64,000 bases of DNA, from IMG/VR virus record IMGVR_UViG_3300049215_000496, positions 1 through 64,000 of that record. One strand, given 5' to 3'. The notes under the pieces are model-generated. The model was given only the letters and a program-made list of their open reading frames with translations. It was not told the DNA's origin and did no database searches. How positions within the stretch are numbered: position 1 is the stretch's first letter; each line of letters opens with the position of its first letter. A program made the translations under genes and the position numbers. Shown here piece by piece: positions 37,204 to 45,730 of the stretch. The stretch is from a virus.

Positions 37204-38376
37204 GTGTCTGGCATTCTCTTCCGGATGCCACCCACCATACATCTGATCGCCCCCTTTCACACGATCACGAACACCGCGCATTCGCACTGTGCCTTTACAC
37301 AAAAGGCTCTGCGCTTTTCAAAGATGATGCACTTGGCGGCTGCCCCGTACCATGTGATCGAGTATTCGAACGAGGGCTCTGAATCTGAAGCCGATGAGCA
37401 CGTGGTGATGCTCACCGCAGACGAATACCGCACGTTCTACAAGCCCGAAACCAGCTCACCGGGTGCCCAAGCCAACATCAATACTCCCGGCTGCACCTTG
37501 TTCAAATCGCGGCTCGTATCTGCCATCGAGCAGCGCGCCCGCATGGGAGATCTCGTTGCCCACGTTTTCGGGCCGTCGCTGCACACAGCTGTCGTCCAAC
37601 GTTTTCCGGGGCTCATCCACGTTGAGACAGGCATCGGGTATCCATGGAGTCCAATGGGGGCTTATCCGATCTTCGAGTCCGAAGCCTGGCGGCACTACCA
37701 GTGGGGACGCCACGGCAATCCGGGCGGCGTGCTGCCGACAGGAAACATTGCGTTGACACCGTCACGCACGTGGGTGATTCCGAACTACTTCGACGAGGAG
37801 GACTGGCCGTTGAACGTCGATCCTGAAAACAGCGTGGTGTTCATGTCGAGATTCGTTGTCGACAAGGGCATCGACATGCTTGCGCGCGTGATCCAGGCAT
37901 GGGATCGCAAACACCCGGGGGACGGCCTGAAATTCGTGTTGGCGGGTATGGGGGATTTTCTTGGCTGGGCAAGCAGCAGCGGGTTCTCATCAACAGAGCT
38001 GGATCGCATCGCGTACCGCGGTGTTGTGACAGGAAAAGATCGTGCCTCCTTGCTGGGCAGTGGGAAAGCATTCATCTTGCCGACGATATTCGTCGAGCCA
38101 TTTGGGGGTGCAGCTGTGGAATCGATGCTGTGCGGGACACCTGTGCTCGTGCCCAGTTTTGGAGCTTTCACCGAAACCGTGCGACACCGCGAAACCGGAT
38201 TTCACTGCCGAACCGTCGAGGATTACGTTCTGGGAATCGAAACGGCGTGCAATTTCTCGCGCGACGATCGCACGGCTATCGCCACAGAAACCAGGCGACG
38301 CTACACCCTCGAAGCGTGCGCCGCGCTGTACGATACGGTGTTCACGCAACTTTCGCAGCGCCCTGGTATCGAATAA
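37204..38376 (+). CDS. GT4-like glycosyltransferase
   Basis: FMSRFVVDKG, PTIFVEPFGGAAVESMLCGTPV..GAFTETV..TGF. Confidence 0.85.
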   Translation: MSGILFRMPPTIHLIAPFHTITNTAHSHCAFTQKALRFSKMMHLAAAPYHVIEYSNEGSESEADEHVVMLTADEYRTFYKPETSSPGAQANINTPGCTLFKSRLVSAIEQRARMGDLVAHVFGPSLHTAVVQRFPGLIHVETGIGYPWSPMGAYPIFESEAWRHYQWGRHGNPGGVLPTGNIALTPSRTWVIPNYFDEEDWPLNVDPENSVVFMSRFVVDKGIDMLARVIQAWDRKHPGDGLKFVLAGMGDFLGWASSSGFSSTELDRIAYRGVVTGKDRASLLGSGKAFILPTIFVEPFGGAAVESMLCGTPVLVPSFGAFTETVRHRETGFHCRTVEDYVLGIETACNFSRDDRTAIATETRRRYTLEACAALYDTVFTQLSQRPGIE

Positions 38377-38386
38377 ACTTGGAGGC

Positions 38387-39043
38387 ATGGGGACTCGCGC
38401 AACCGGCATCGATGTGTCGTCGTACCAAGCTCACGTCAATTGGCCGACTGTGTACGCTTCCGGTGTCCGCTTCGTGGGCATCAAAGCTTCCGAAGGTCGC
38501 ACCCACATAGATACACAATTCGAAACACACCGAGCAGGCTTCCGCGGGTGCCCCTTCACGCTAGGTGTGTTTTACCACTTCGCGCGCCCGGGCGATCCTA
38601 AAGAGCAGGCTGCGTTGTTTCTCAAAACGGTTGGGCCGCTCCTCGACAACGAGCGCCTGGCGTTGGACTTCGAACTAGCACTCACGCTCGTGCCTGCAGA
38701 TAGCTTGGCATGGATCGACACGTTTTTCGGCGAGCTGCGCAAGGCATACAGTGATCGGCGCCATCTCATTTACACTTCCAAGCGGATCTGGAAGAGCATT
38801 GGGGATCCTGACTGGTCCGGGGCGCGGAACGTAGATCTGTGGGCACCGCGGTACAACAGCATCGGGCACGAGCCCGAGGTGCCCAGACCATGGTCCGAGT
38901 GGCACATCTGGCAATGGACCGATGGGGGCCTGCAAGAGACTCCCGGTGTCGGCCGTTGTGATGCAAACGTATTTTGCGGGGACAATGAAGCGCTGACGGC
39001 GTACGCGAAGCTGGACGAGGATCTCACGCCTGTTGTGGCGTGA
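38387..39043 (+). CDS. GH25 lysozyme (endolysin)
   Basis: GIDVSSYQ, IKASEG, YHFARP, LALDFE, IWQWT; GGAGG RBS before ATG 38387. Confidence 0.9.
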   Translation: MGTRATGIDVSSYQAHVNWPTVYASGVRFVGIKASEGRTHIDTQFETHRAGFRGCPFTLGVFYHFARPGDPKEQAALFLKTVGPLLDNERLALDFELALTLVPADSLAWIDTFFGELRKAYSDRRHLIYTSKRIWKSIGDPDWSGARNVDLWAPRYNSIGHEPEVPRPWSEWHIWQWTDGGLQETPGVGRCDANVFCGDNEALTAYAKLDEDLTPVVA

Positions 39044-39205
39044 TCATCTCAACCGCAAGACACCGCTGCCAGACGCGACGAGCCCCGCTGCAAGCCCTGC
39101 CGTGAAGCACGCCAGGCCGATCGCCTGCACCTTCCCGTTGTTGGACACCAAATACGCGAGCAGCCCGAGGACCGCCACCAGAACGGCAAACAGTTGGATT
39201 GTCAT
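39044..39205 (-). CDS. Small two-TM protein (holin-like?)
   Basis: MTIQLFAVLVAVLGLLAYLVSNNGKVQAIGLACFTAGLAAGL. Confidence 0.5.
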   Translation of the reverse strand: MTIQLFAVLVAVLGLLAYLVSNNGKVQAIGLACFTAGLAAGLVASGSGVLRLR

Positions 39206-39228
39206 GCGGGGCAGGATAGCACGGGGGG

Positions 39229-40554
39229 TTACACCCGCACGATTTTGTCCGAGACGATGCCCTTCGTTGCGTTTCGGCAATCCACGACACGTTGCGATTC
39301 AGCCACAAGTTTCGTGTAGTCGACGTTTACATGATCTGTGACGATCACGGCACAATCGTAGTATCCATACTGCGGCACGAAGCTGAGCCCGCTGACCATT
39401 AGATCGCCAACCTTCAAATTCAAAGCGGGCACATGCTTGTCGTAGAACTCGACCGCAGCGCCGCGTGCCAGCAGGCCCTCAATGACGTCGAACGCAGGGG
39501 ACTCTCGCACGTCGTCCACGTCGCGCTTGTACGTCACACCGACAATGAGAATCTTAGAGCCTCTCACAGCTTTGAATCGATCGTTCAGGGCGTCCGCTAC
39601 ACGCTGCACCACGAACGCAGGCATCGCACTGTTCACCGCGTCAGCCAGATCGATGAACCTCGGAGCGTACTTCAACGTGCGCAACCGCCAGGCAAGATAC
39701 CGCGGGTCCACCGGGATGCAGTGGCCGCCTAGCCCTGGGCCTGGGTAGAATGGCATAAACCCGAAGGGCTTGGTCGCTGCCGCGTCGATCAGCTCCCATA
39801 CGTCGAGCTTGAGGTGCTGACACATGATAGCGATTTCGTTAACGAGCCCGATGTTGACAGCTCGAAACGTGTTCTCTAGCAGCTTGGTCATCTCGGCCGC
39901 GTCGGTAGAAGACACCGGAACCACCGTGTCCACAAACGTGCTGTAGAACGCCATGGCGAGTTCGCGGCTGATCGTGGACGCTCCTCCGACGATCTTTGGT
40001 GTGTTTTGGATCCCGTAGGTCTTGTTGCCGGGATCAACCCGTTCGGGGGAGAATGCCAGGAAAAAGTGCTGATTGAGGTGCTTCGGTATCGAGCCGATCG
40101 TACACGACTCCAGCAGCGGACGCGCGACTTCCCGAGTGAAACCTGGAAACGTCGTGCTCTCGATGATCACCAACTGCGGGCGAACAGCCCCAATGGCACG
40201 CACATCGTTCAGCGCCGTCACCACGAACGAGTTGTCTGGATCTTTGGTCTTGTTCAACGGTGTCGGTACGCACACGACGATGATGTCCGCGTGTTTGAGC
40301 CCTTGCGGCGATTCTGCCGCACGAAAGGCGCTGTTCATCTCGTTAAGCTGCGCGACCTTCTTCGGATCCGTGTCAAAGATGCTTGTGTGAAATCCCACTT
40401 TTGAAATTTCAATCGCCAGGGGCAGCCCGACGTACCCGCCGCCGATGACAACGACTTTGGCTGTGCGTGATTCGATCAGATCCAGTAGCTCCGCATCAGG
40501 CGTAGGCGTTGGCGATCCGTTATTCCATTCGTCGTATTCTTCTTCAGTTGTCAT
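39229..40554 (-). CDS. wbpA: UDP-GlcNAc/UDP-glucose 6-dehydrogenase, WbpA-like
   Basis: IGGGYVGLPLA, CVPTPL, ESTTFPG, FSPERVDPGN, KLLENTFRAVNIGL, GGHCIPVDP, DVRESPA. Confidence 0.85.
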   Translation of the reverse strand: MTTEEEYDEWNNGSPTPTPDAELLDLIESRTAKVVVIGGGYVGLPLAIEISKVGFHTSIFDTDPKKVAQLNEMNSAFRAAESPQGLKHADIIVVCVPTPLNKTKDPDNSFVVTALNDVRAIGAVRPQLVIIESTTFPGFTREVARPLLESCTIGSIPKHLNQHFFLAFSPERVDPGNKTYGIQNTPKIVGGASTISRELAMAFYSTFVDTVVPVSSTDAAEMTKLLENTFRAVNIGLVNEIAIMCQHLKLDVWELIDAAATKPFGFMPFYPGPGLGGHCIPVDPRYLAWRLRTLKYAPRFIDLADAVNSAMPAFVVQRVADALNDRFKAVRGSKILIVGVTYKRDVDDVRESPAFDVIEGLLARGAAVEFYDKHVPALNLKVGDLMVSGLSFVPQYGYYDCAVIVTDHVNVDYTKLVAESQRVVDCRNATKGIVSDKIVRV

Positions 40555-40637
40555 CGACTACCCTTTCATGCGCAAGCTCCCACCGATCGTTTTTGAATTT
40601 CCACGAAAGTTCACTGAACAGCAACCACGCTTCATAT

Positions 40638-40802
40638 TCATCGTGTGTCATTGAACACCCGAAACCTGAAGCACGTAAGGCATTTCGGTTCTCCGATCAA
40701 CCTTCGAATCGTGTTATCAATAGTTTTGAGTGTGCTCCTAGCGAGTTCACGTTGACGTTTTTTAACGCGTCGGCGTTTGATACGTCGTTTACGTTTTGTC
40801 AT
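40638..40802 (-). CDS. 54-aa very basic protein
   Basis: Own translation MTKRKRRIKRRRVKKRQRELARS..CLTC; ATGA overlap with recombinase stop. Confidence 0.4.
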   Translation of the reverse strand: MTKRKRRIKRRRVKKRQRELARSTLKTIDNTIRRLIGEPKCLTCFRFRVFNDTR

Positions 40803-41515
40803 CTGGGCACCACATCCGGTTTCACTCCGCGCAACCCCAACAAAGCCCCGTCCAGTCGGGCCGCGGCTGCCTTGGTTCCTCGTGCGTATCCCAACGTGAC
40901 GGCGAGATTCCGGTGCCCGACGTGTTCCTGGACAACCACCGGCACCACCCCCGCCTCCAGCAAGTGCGTGACGATCGAGTGCCTGAATACGTGCGGATGC
41001 CGGCGCTCGACCTCAACACCGATCTCCTTGAGCACACTGTCCGCCAGCGCCGCGACCTCGTGCCGAGACACTCCCCAACGCTTGCCTGTCGTCCCGCAGT
41101 GATAGCAGTCGATCTTCTGGACCTGCTTGCTTTTGCTCGTCGTGAGCTGCCCCGAGCCCTGACACGGGTAGCAGTCCCCTGGTTGCGCGCTCGGGAACAG
41201 AAACGGCTTTTGTTCAACTGCGACGATGCTGTCAGGCTGCACCTTGAGCCACGGAGGGAGCGCGGCCCGGCACTCGTGCAGGAGAGCATCCCATTCGCGC
41301 TCGGCGCCGTGCTTCAGGTGCACCACACGGGCGCGGCTGTTGTGTGTGTCGACGTCCTTCAAGAGCTGCAAGCCGGGCTCGGACGCGCGGGCGCCCCACT
41401 CGTAGAGCCAGGCAAGAAGCGCGTACTCGAATGGGCCTCGGGCTTTGGCGACGGCGAGGGCACGATTGACCTCGTCGACTTCGAGCACGGCTTTCTCGTT
41501 ACGGGTTGTGGGCAT
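40799..41515 (-). CDS. Short tyrosine recombinase with Zn-finger insert
   Basis: GARASE (R), HLKHG (K), HVFRHS (HxxR), GHRN (H), GYAR (Y); CYPCQGSG..CYHCGTTG insert. Confidence 0.85.
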   Translation of the reverse strand: MPTTRNEKAVLEVDEVNRALAVAKARGPFEYALLAWLYEWGARASEPGLQLLKDVDTHNSRARVVHLKHGAEREWDALLHECRAALPPWLKVQPDSIVAVEQKPFLFPSAQPGDCYPCQGSGQLTTSKSKQVQKIDCYHCGTTGKRWGVSRHEVAALADSVLKEIGVEVERRHPHVFRHSIVTHLLEAGVVPVVVQEHVGHRNLAVTLGYARGTKAAAARLDGALLGLRGVKPDVVPR

Positions 41516-41698
41516 CGTCTTTGACAGTCTTAGGTGTTGAGCTTTTTCCACCAGCGAGCGCTGCACCGCCAGAAACTCACCTTGGAATTCTCCTTCTTGA
41601 CCACTGTCTGTTTCCGCTGCATCATCACCGCACACTACCTGCAAGAGTGGAGTCTTGCAAGAATTAAGTTACGCTACGTAACACTACGCACTGCGTTA

Positions 41699-41728
41699 TT
41701 GACGGTTGCGGTGCGGTGGAGCTATGAT
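41699..41728 (+). promoter_or_regulatory. Sigma70-like promoter, leaderless
   Basis: TTGACG-18 bp-TATGAT, ATG 7 nt downstream. Confidence 0.65.
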
Positions 41729-41735
41729 TCAAAGC

Positions 41736-42029
41736 ATGGCTCGCCAAGTCCAAAAAGAAATCGCGCAGCTCATCGCACGCGGCCCGCAATCGCGCGGGCG
41801 AGGCAGCGCTCCGAGCGTCTGCGAAGTGCGATCGATGACACACGGCGAAGCTTGTCGAATACGCGCGTGCATCGACTGCGGCGCTCCGGGCGGCCAGTTG
41901 CTCAAAACGACCAAGGGGGAAAATCCCGGGCGGCTCTTGCGCCTCTGCGCAGCGTGTTTGCGTGGCGGCGTTTGGTGGTGCTTCGGGCTTGTCGATCGGG
42001 ATCCGTTGCCTCTCGAAGAAGTTGCCTGA
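41736..42029 (+). CDS. Zn-finger-like small protein
   Basis: CIDC..CAAC. Confidence 0.5.
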   Translation: MARQVQKEIAQLIARGPQSRGRGSAPSVCEVRSMTHGEACRIRACIDCGAPGGQLLKTTKGENPGRLLRLCAACLRGGVWWCFGLVDRDPLPLEEVA

Positions 42030-42283
42030 TGCCCAGACCTCGCGGAAAACACGGGCGAGATGCCAGCACGGCCATCGCCATACGTGTACCGGATGACCTC
42101 CTAGAACTACTGCGCCAGGCGGCCGGTGCCGACGGTGGATCAGCGTTCGCCGAATGGTTTCGCAACGTGCTTCGACGGCAGGTCAACATACCGATTGACT
42201 ACGAAGCTGGCTACGAAGAGGGCAAAGCCGCAGGGTGGGCTGACGCACAAGAGCGTTTCCGTGCGGCTATGAAGGGGGTGTAA
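42029..42283 (+). CDS. Ribbon-helix-helix (CopG-like) regulator
   Basis: TAIAIRVPDDLLELLRQAA..FAEWFRNVL. Confidence 0.6.
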   Translation: MPRPRGKHGRDASTAIAIRVPDDLLELLRQAAGADGGSAFAEWFRNVLRRQVNIPIDYEAGYEEGKAAGWADAQERFRAAMKGV

Positions 42284-42379
42284 TTTGGTGACGCCATTAA
42301 GTGTTCCAAGACCTGCAATGGTAACTGCACAAATGCGACTTCGAGCTGCTGCTCGTAGCCACCGGTTGGCTAGCTGAGT

Positions 42380-42724
42380 ATGAAGTGCGCGGTTTTCAAT
42401 GGATCGCCGACGTACTGTGCCACCAATGGCGATGCACTAGTGGCACTTGAAGATCAGCTAGTCGACAACGGCACTCTTGTCAGTCGCACGGAAAACTACC
42501 GTCAATCGGGCGTTCCGCTATCTCGCCACATACACGGTGCTTCGTGCTGTGAACTGTGCCATTGCCCAATCAGCACCATAGGATCATATTGGTGTTGGAA
42601 CTGCTGGCTTCGCTTCACTGAGCCAAAAGGGACGTGTCTGGTGCGTCCATACATACATTTGACCTCTTGGAATCGCGCGCGTGAGTGCAAAGAAGAGCAA
42701 GAAGAATCAGCCCGACGGGCGTGA
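42380..42724 (+). CDS. Cys-rich hypothetical protein
   Basis: CELC..CWNC. Confidence 0.4.
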   Translation: MKCAVFNGSPTYCATNGDALVALEDQLVDNGTLVSRTENYRQSGVPLSRHIHGASCCELCHCPISTIGSYWCWNCWLRFTEPKGTCLVRPYIHLTSWNRARECKEEQEESARRA

Positions 42725-42742
42725 CCGTCGCGCTAAACTCAA

Positions 42743-42994
42743 TTGGTGGTAGATGGCGACACCCCCACCCCGACCATCGTAGACCCCTGCGTGTGGTGTG
42801 GCGGTAAGCTGGTCCGCGTCACCGACCGCTTACCTGCTCCGAGCGACCTGTCCGAAGCGTGGCGCGACTGGCGTCAGAACTGCGTAGCAGCACAATCCAA
42901 TATGTGGGCCTACTGCCCGCGGGCCAACAAAGGACAGGTCATGCACGAGTCCATGAAGATGTTGTCGCTGGAGCGCCGCGCGGGCTTGCGATAG
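42743..42994 (+). CDS. Hypothetical protein
   Basis: CVWC motif; abuts next ORF. Confidence 0.35.
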   Translation: MVVDGDTPTPTIVDPCVWCGGKLVRVTDRLPAPSDLSEAWRDWRQNCVAAQSNMWAYCPRANKGQVMHESMKMLSLERRAGLR

Positions 42995-42995
42995 G

Positions 42996-43241
42996 ATGTT
43001 TGGAATGAAACGCACCCTGCGCTGCGCTCCGGGTGAACAACGATTTACGGTCCTGCGTGTGAACGGCGATCCGAAAGACACACACGCAGCGCGCAGCTAC
43101 GCCAAAGCCCGCGAGCTGGCAATGCCCGATCGGGGCTCACGTGTCGAAGTCTTCGCCGTGTGCGCCCGTGAGCCTGGACAGGCGCGCTTGCTCAATACTG
43201 TACGGGGACAGCTCCTGCGCACGATGCGCGTGAAGCGGTGA
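42996..43241 (+). CDS. Small basic protein
   Basis: Arg-rich 81 aa ORF. Confidence 0.5.
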   Translation: MFGMKRTLRCAPGEQRFTVLRVNGDPKDTHAARSYAKARELAMPDRGSRVEVFAVCAREPGQARLLNTVRGQLLRTMRVKR

Positions 43242-43263
43242 TCCCTACCGACCAACCGTGAAA

Positions 43264-43293
43264 TTGACCCTCTCACCGCCCTGAGAGTAGAAT
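43264..43293 (+). promoter_or_regulatory. Sigma70-like promoter, leaderless
   Basis: TTGACC-18 bp-TAGAAT, ATG 7 nt downstream. Confidence 0.7.
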
Positions 43294-43300
43294 CTCTAGA

Positions 43301-43588
43301 ATGAACGAGATTTTCACCCTCAGCGGAGCTGACGCGCCGTTCTACCTTGCAGCTCCGCCGGCAATCGACGTGGAGTGCGCCCAGAAGGTCAAGACGGTGC
43401 TGGTGGTCGGCAGCTTGACCACGATCAGCGCGGTCCCCGTCGGGCTCTTCGGCACGTACAAGCTCATCAAGGGGAAGGGAGCCGCCGGGATCACGGCGCT
43501 TCTGGCGATGGGCGCGCTGTTCTTTGTCGGTCGCACGTTGGTCGCTTCGAGCGCGAAGGCGTTCGACACGTGCCGAAAGGGCGCGTGA
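43301..43588 (+). CDS. Small two-TM protein
   Basis: Two hydrophobic helices bracketed by Cys; TLSGAD near N-terminus. Confidence 0.6.
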   Translation: MNEIFTLSGADAPFYLAAPPAIDVECAQKVKTVLVVGSLTTISAVPVGLFGTYKLIKGKGAAGITALLAMGALFFVGRTLVASSAKAFDTCRKGA

Positions 43589-43863
43589 TGGCGCGTCGCC
43601 GGAAGGGATTGGGATCGAGCCCCGAGGTTCACGAAAGTAAAATGCAACCGCTTCTCGATGTGGCACGCGCGGAAGCTGAAAACGCTGTTGATCATCTCAG
43701 CAAAGGAAACTGTGCCGCAGCAATTCGTGCGGTAGCGCGAGGATACTTCGCCGCCGGACGAGCTGATGCCCACGGGCAGAGCGCCGGGCGCGTACAAACA
43801 GCTTACTCCCCCCGCTTGGATACGGTGATCAGCCAAGTCGCTCTACGCTGTTCTCGCAAGTGA
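43588..43863 (+). CDS. Small helical protein
   Basis: MARRRKGLGSSPE..GNCAAAIRAVARG. Confidence 0.6.
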   Translation: MARRRKGLGSSPEVHESKMQPLLDVARAEAENAVDHLSKGNCAAAIRAVARGYFAAGRADAHGQSAGRVQTAYSPRLDTVISQVALRCSRK

Positions 43864-43867
43864 TCTC

Positions 43868-44149
43868 GTGCCCTCCCCCGCGGTATTCGTCTTCGGCATG
43901 CAAGGCTGTCCGGCCTGCGAAGAGTACATGCCGCGGTTCAAGAACGCTTGCTCACGCAACCCCCCGAGCTGCCCGGTAGGCGTCTACGACCTGGCGAGTG
44001 ATCCCCGCGCCAACGAATTTGCCACGCGCCTCGGGATCCGTGCGACACCCACCACGGTGGTCATGGACCGGCGAGGAAAGCTCCACAAGTTCGTCGGGGC
44101 GCTCGCCGATTCGAAGATCCTGCAAATACTGAAACAAGTCGTCACGTAA
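43868..44149 (+). CDS. Thioredoxin/glutaredoxin-like protein
   Basis: GCPAC, LGIRATPT (cis-Pro motif), GK. Confidence 0.8.
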   Translation: MPSPAVFVFGMQGCPACEEYMPRFKNACSRNPPSCPVGVYDLASDPRANEFATRLGIRATPTTVVMDRRGKLHKFVGALADSKILQILKQVVT

Positions 44150-44164
44150 GGTAGAATACCGAGC

Positions 44165-44509
44165 GTGGAAACGCCGGCTAAGATGCCCACTGTGGACATC
44201 ACGAAAACCCACATGCCCGTCACGTACGTGGTGGTGATTGTGGGTGCAATCGTCGGGGGTGCGCTCGGAGTCGCGCGAAGCTACAACGCGCAAGCCTGGG
44301 AAGTGCGTACACTCCGTGAAAAGATCGAATCGCTCGCGACAAAGGAAGATCTGCACAAAGCCGAAATTGCTTCACAAGCCGACATGCGCGAGTTCGCGCG
44401 CGAACGTGTGAAGTTCTATCTCGAACACGCAGCGTTGCGCGTGGCAAAGCCCACAAACGGGAAAACGTACATGACAGGCAAAGTCGAGTTCCCGATCGTC
44501 GACGAGTAG
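44165..44509 (+). CDS. TM plus coiled-coil protein
   Basis: YVVVIVGAIVGGALGV then LATKEDL coiled coil. Confidence 0.55.
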   Translation: METPAKMPTVDITKTHMPVTYVVVIVGAIVGGALGVARSYNAQAWEVRTLREKIESLATKEDLHKAEIASQADMREFARERVKFYLEHAALRVAKPTNGKTYMTGKVEFPIVDE

Positions 44510-44512
44510 CGC

Positions 44513-44971
44513 TTACGCCGCGTTTATCGACGACTTCACCAGTTCATCGAACACGTCTCGAACACCAGGATCCTTCACGCGTTCATCGATCCAAGCTGCC
44601 ACGGCGGCTGCTCGCGCGCCTTGGAGAGGCTCCCACAGCATGCAGTTCGACAGGCGGCACGCCCGCCCCTTCGTGCTGTTGTACTCGGCTACTTTGCGCC
44701 CTGTGTCCATCTGTAGCTGCTTCACTTCGGGCAACTGTTTGGTGCTACAGAGCACACCGAATGGTGTGCGCAGCAATCCGAGCTGCCGAAGGCGCCGCAT
44801 ATAGTCCGTCGTGATCACGTTCGCGGCCCGCCGATCCTTCGAGATCTCGCGCTGCATGATCACCGTCAGGGTACCTGCATGCTCCGAGGAGGTCTTCTGG
44901 ACGGTGTTGGTCTCGCCGCCCTCGACACGGACAGTTCCTGTGATGACAATCAGCGGACGCAACTCGACCAT
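44513..44971 (-). CDS. Hypothetical protein
   Basis: Start refined to MVELRPLIVITG. Confidence 0.5.
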   Translation of the reverse strand: MVELRPLIVITGTVRVEGGETNTVQKTSSEHAGTLTVIMQREISKDRRAANVITTDYMRRLRQLGLLRTPFGVLCSTKQLPEVKQLQMDTGRKVAEYNSTKGRACRLSNCMLWEPLQGARAAAVAAWIDERVKDPGVRDVFDELVKSSINAA

Positions 44972-45199
44972 GCCCGGAGGATACGATATTGCTGGACGGC
45001 TAGCAAACCTGTGCTGTATTGTTGGCACGTCGAAAGGGTTACATGATGCACACACGCCGCGCGTTTCTATTCGCCCCGGCAACCCTGCAAGGCACGGCGG
45101 TTGGGTTTGCACGTGCGGGGAAGTTTTGAGCTTGTACACAGAACAACGGTGTGTCTGTGGTACCAGATGGAAGCGTACACATGCTGGCGTGGAACCTGT

Positions 45200-45730
45200 A
45201 TGATCCTGTACAGCACACAAAAGCATAAGCGCGCGTTTACGGCCCACCTCGCGGCGTCGGCGCTCGCTCCAGGATATGGACCGGGACCGGCGTGCACGCT
45301 ACCGGAACAGTTAACGAGGCTGATCGACAAACTTGAATGCACGCTCGAATTCTTTGAAGCGGTTCCAATCGGCGCGGATCTGACAGACGTTCTTCCCCGG
45401 TGGTTTTTGTGGTTGCTGACGGAAGAACTCGGACAGTATCCCACAAGCAAGCCAGTTGCGGAGCTTTACCACCGTCAACTCGCGGGGGATCCACCAACGA
45501 AAAAAGAGTGGGGGGCCGCCTACGCCGCCTACGCCGCCGCCGCCACCGCCGCCGCCGCCTACGCCGCCTACGCCGCCGCCTACGCCGCCTACGCCGCCAC
45601 CGACGCCACCGCCTACGCCGCCTACGCCGCCATCGCCGCCACCGACGCCGCCGCCACCGACACCGCCGCTTGTTACAAACGGATGCGCGAAGCCCTGCTA
45701 CGGATCACACATGAATGTTCTCCAACCTGA
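45200..45730 (+). CDS. Phage protein with Ala/Tyr low-complexity tract
   Basis: FFEAVPIGADLTDV..WLL followed by (AAY)n-like tract. Confidence 0.55.
   Translation: MILYSTQKHKRAFTAHLAASALAPGYGPGPACTLPEQLTRLIDKLECTLEFFEAVPIGADLTDVLPRWFLWLLTEELGQYPTSKPVAELYHRQLAGDPPTKKEWGAAYAAYAAAATAAAAYAAYAAAYAAYAATDATAYAAYAAIAATDAAATDTAACYKRMREALLRITHECSPT
45516..45669 (+). repeat. GCC/TAC-rich degenerate microsatellite
   Basis: gccgcctacgccgcctacgccgcc.. Confidence 0.85.

Noticed and set aside
40799-41515. Prophage boundary/att site at the recombinase
   Set aside because: Virus-like genes continue on both sides; no tRNA or direct repeat recognised
45456-45710. Poly-Pro N-terminal extension of the Dam ORF
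   Set aside because: Alternative frame of the upstream Ala/Tyr tract; Dam homology begins after ATG 45711
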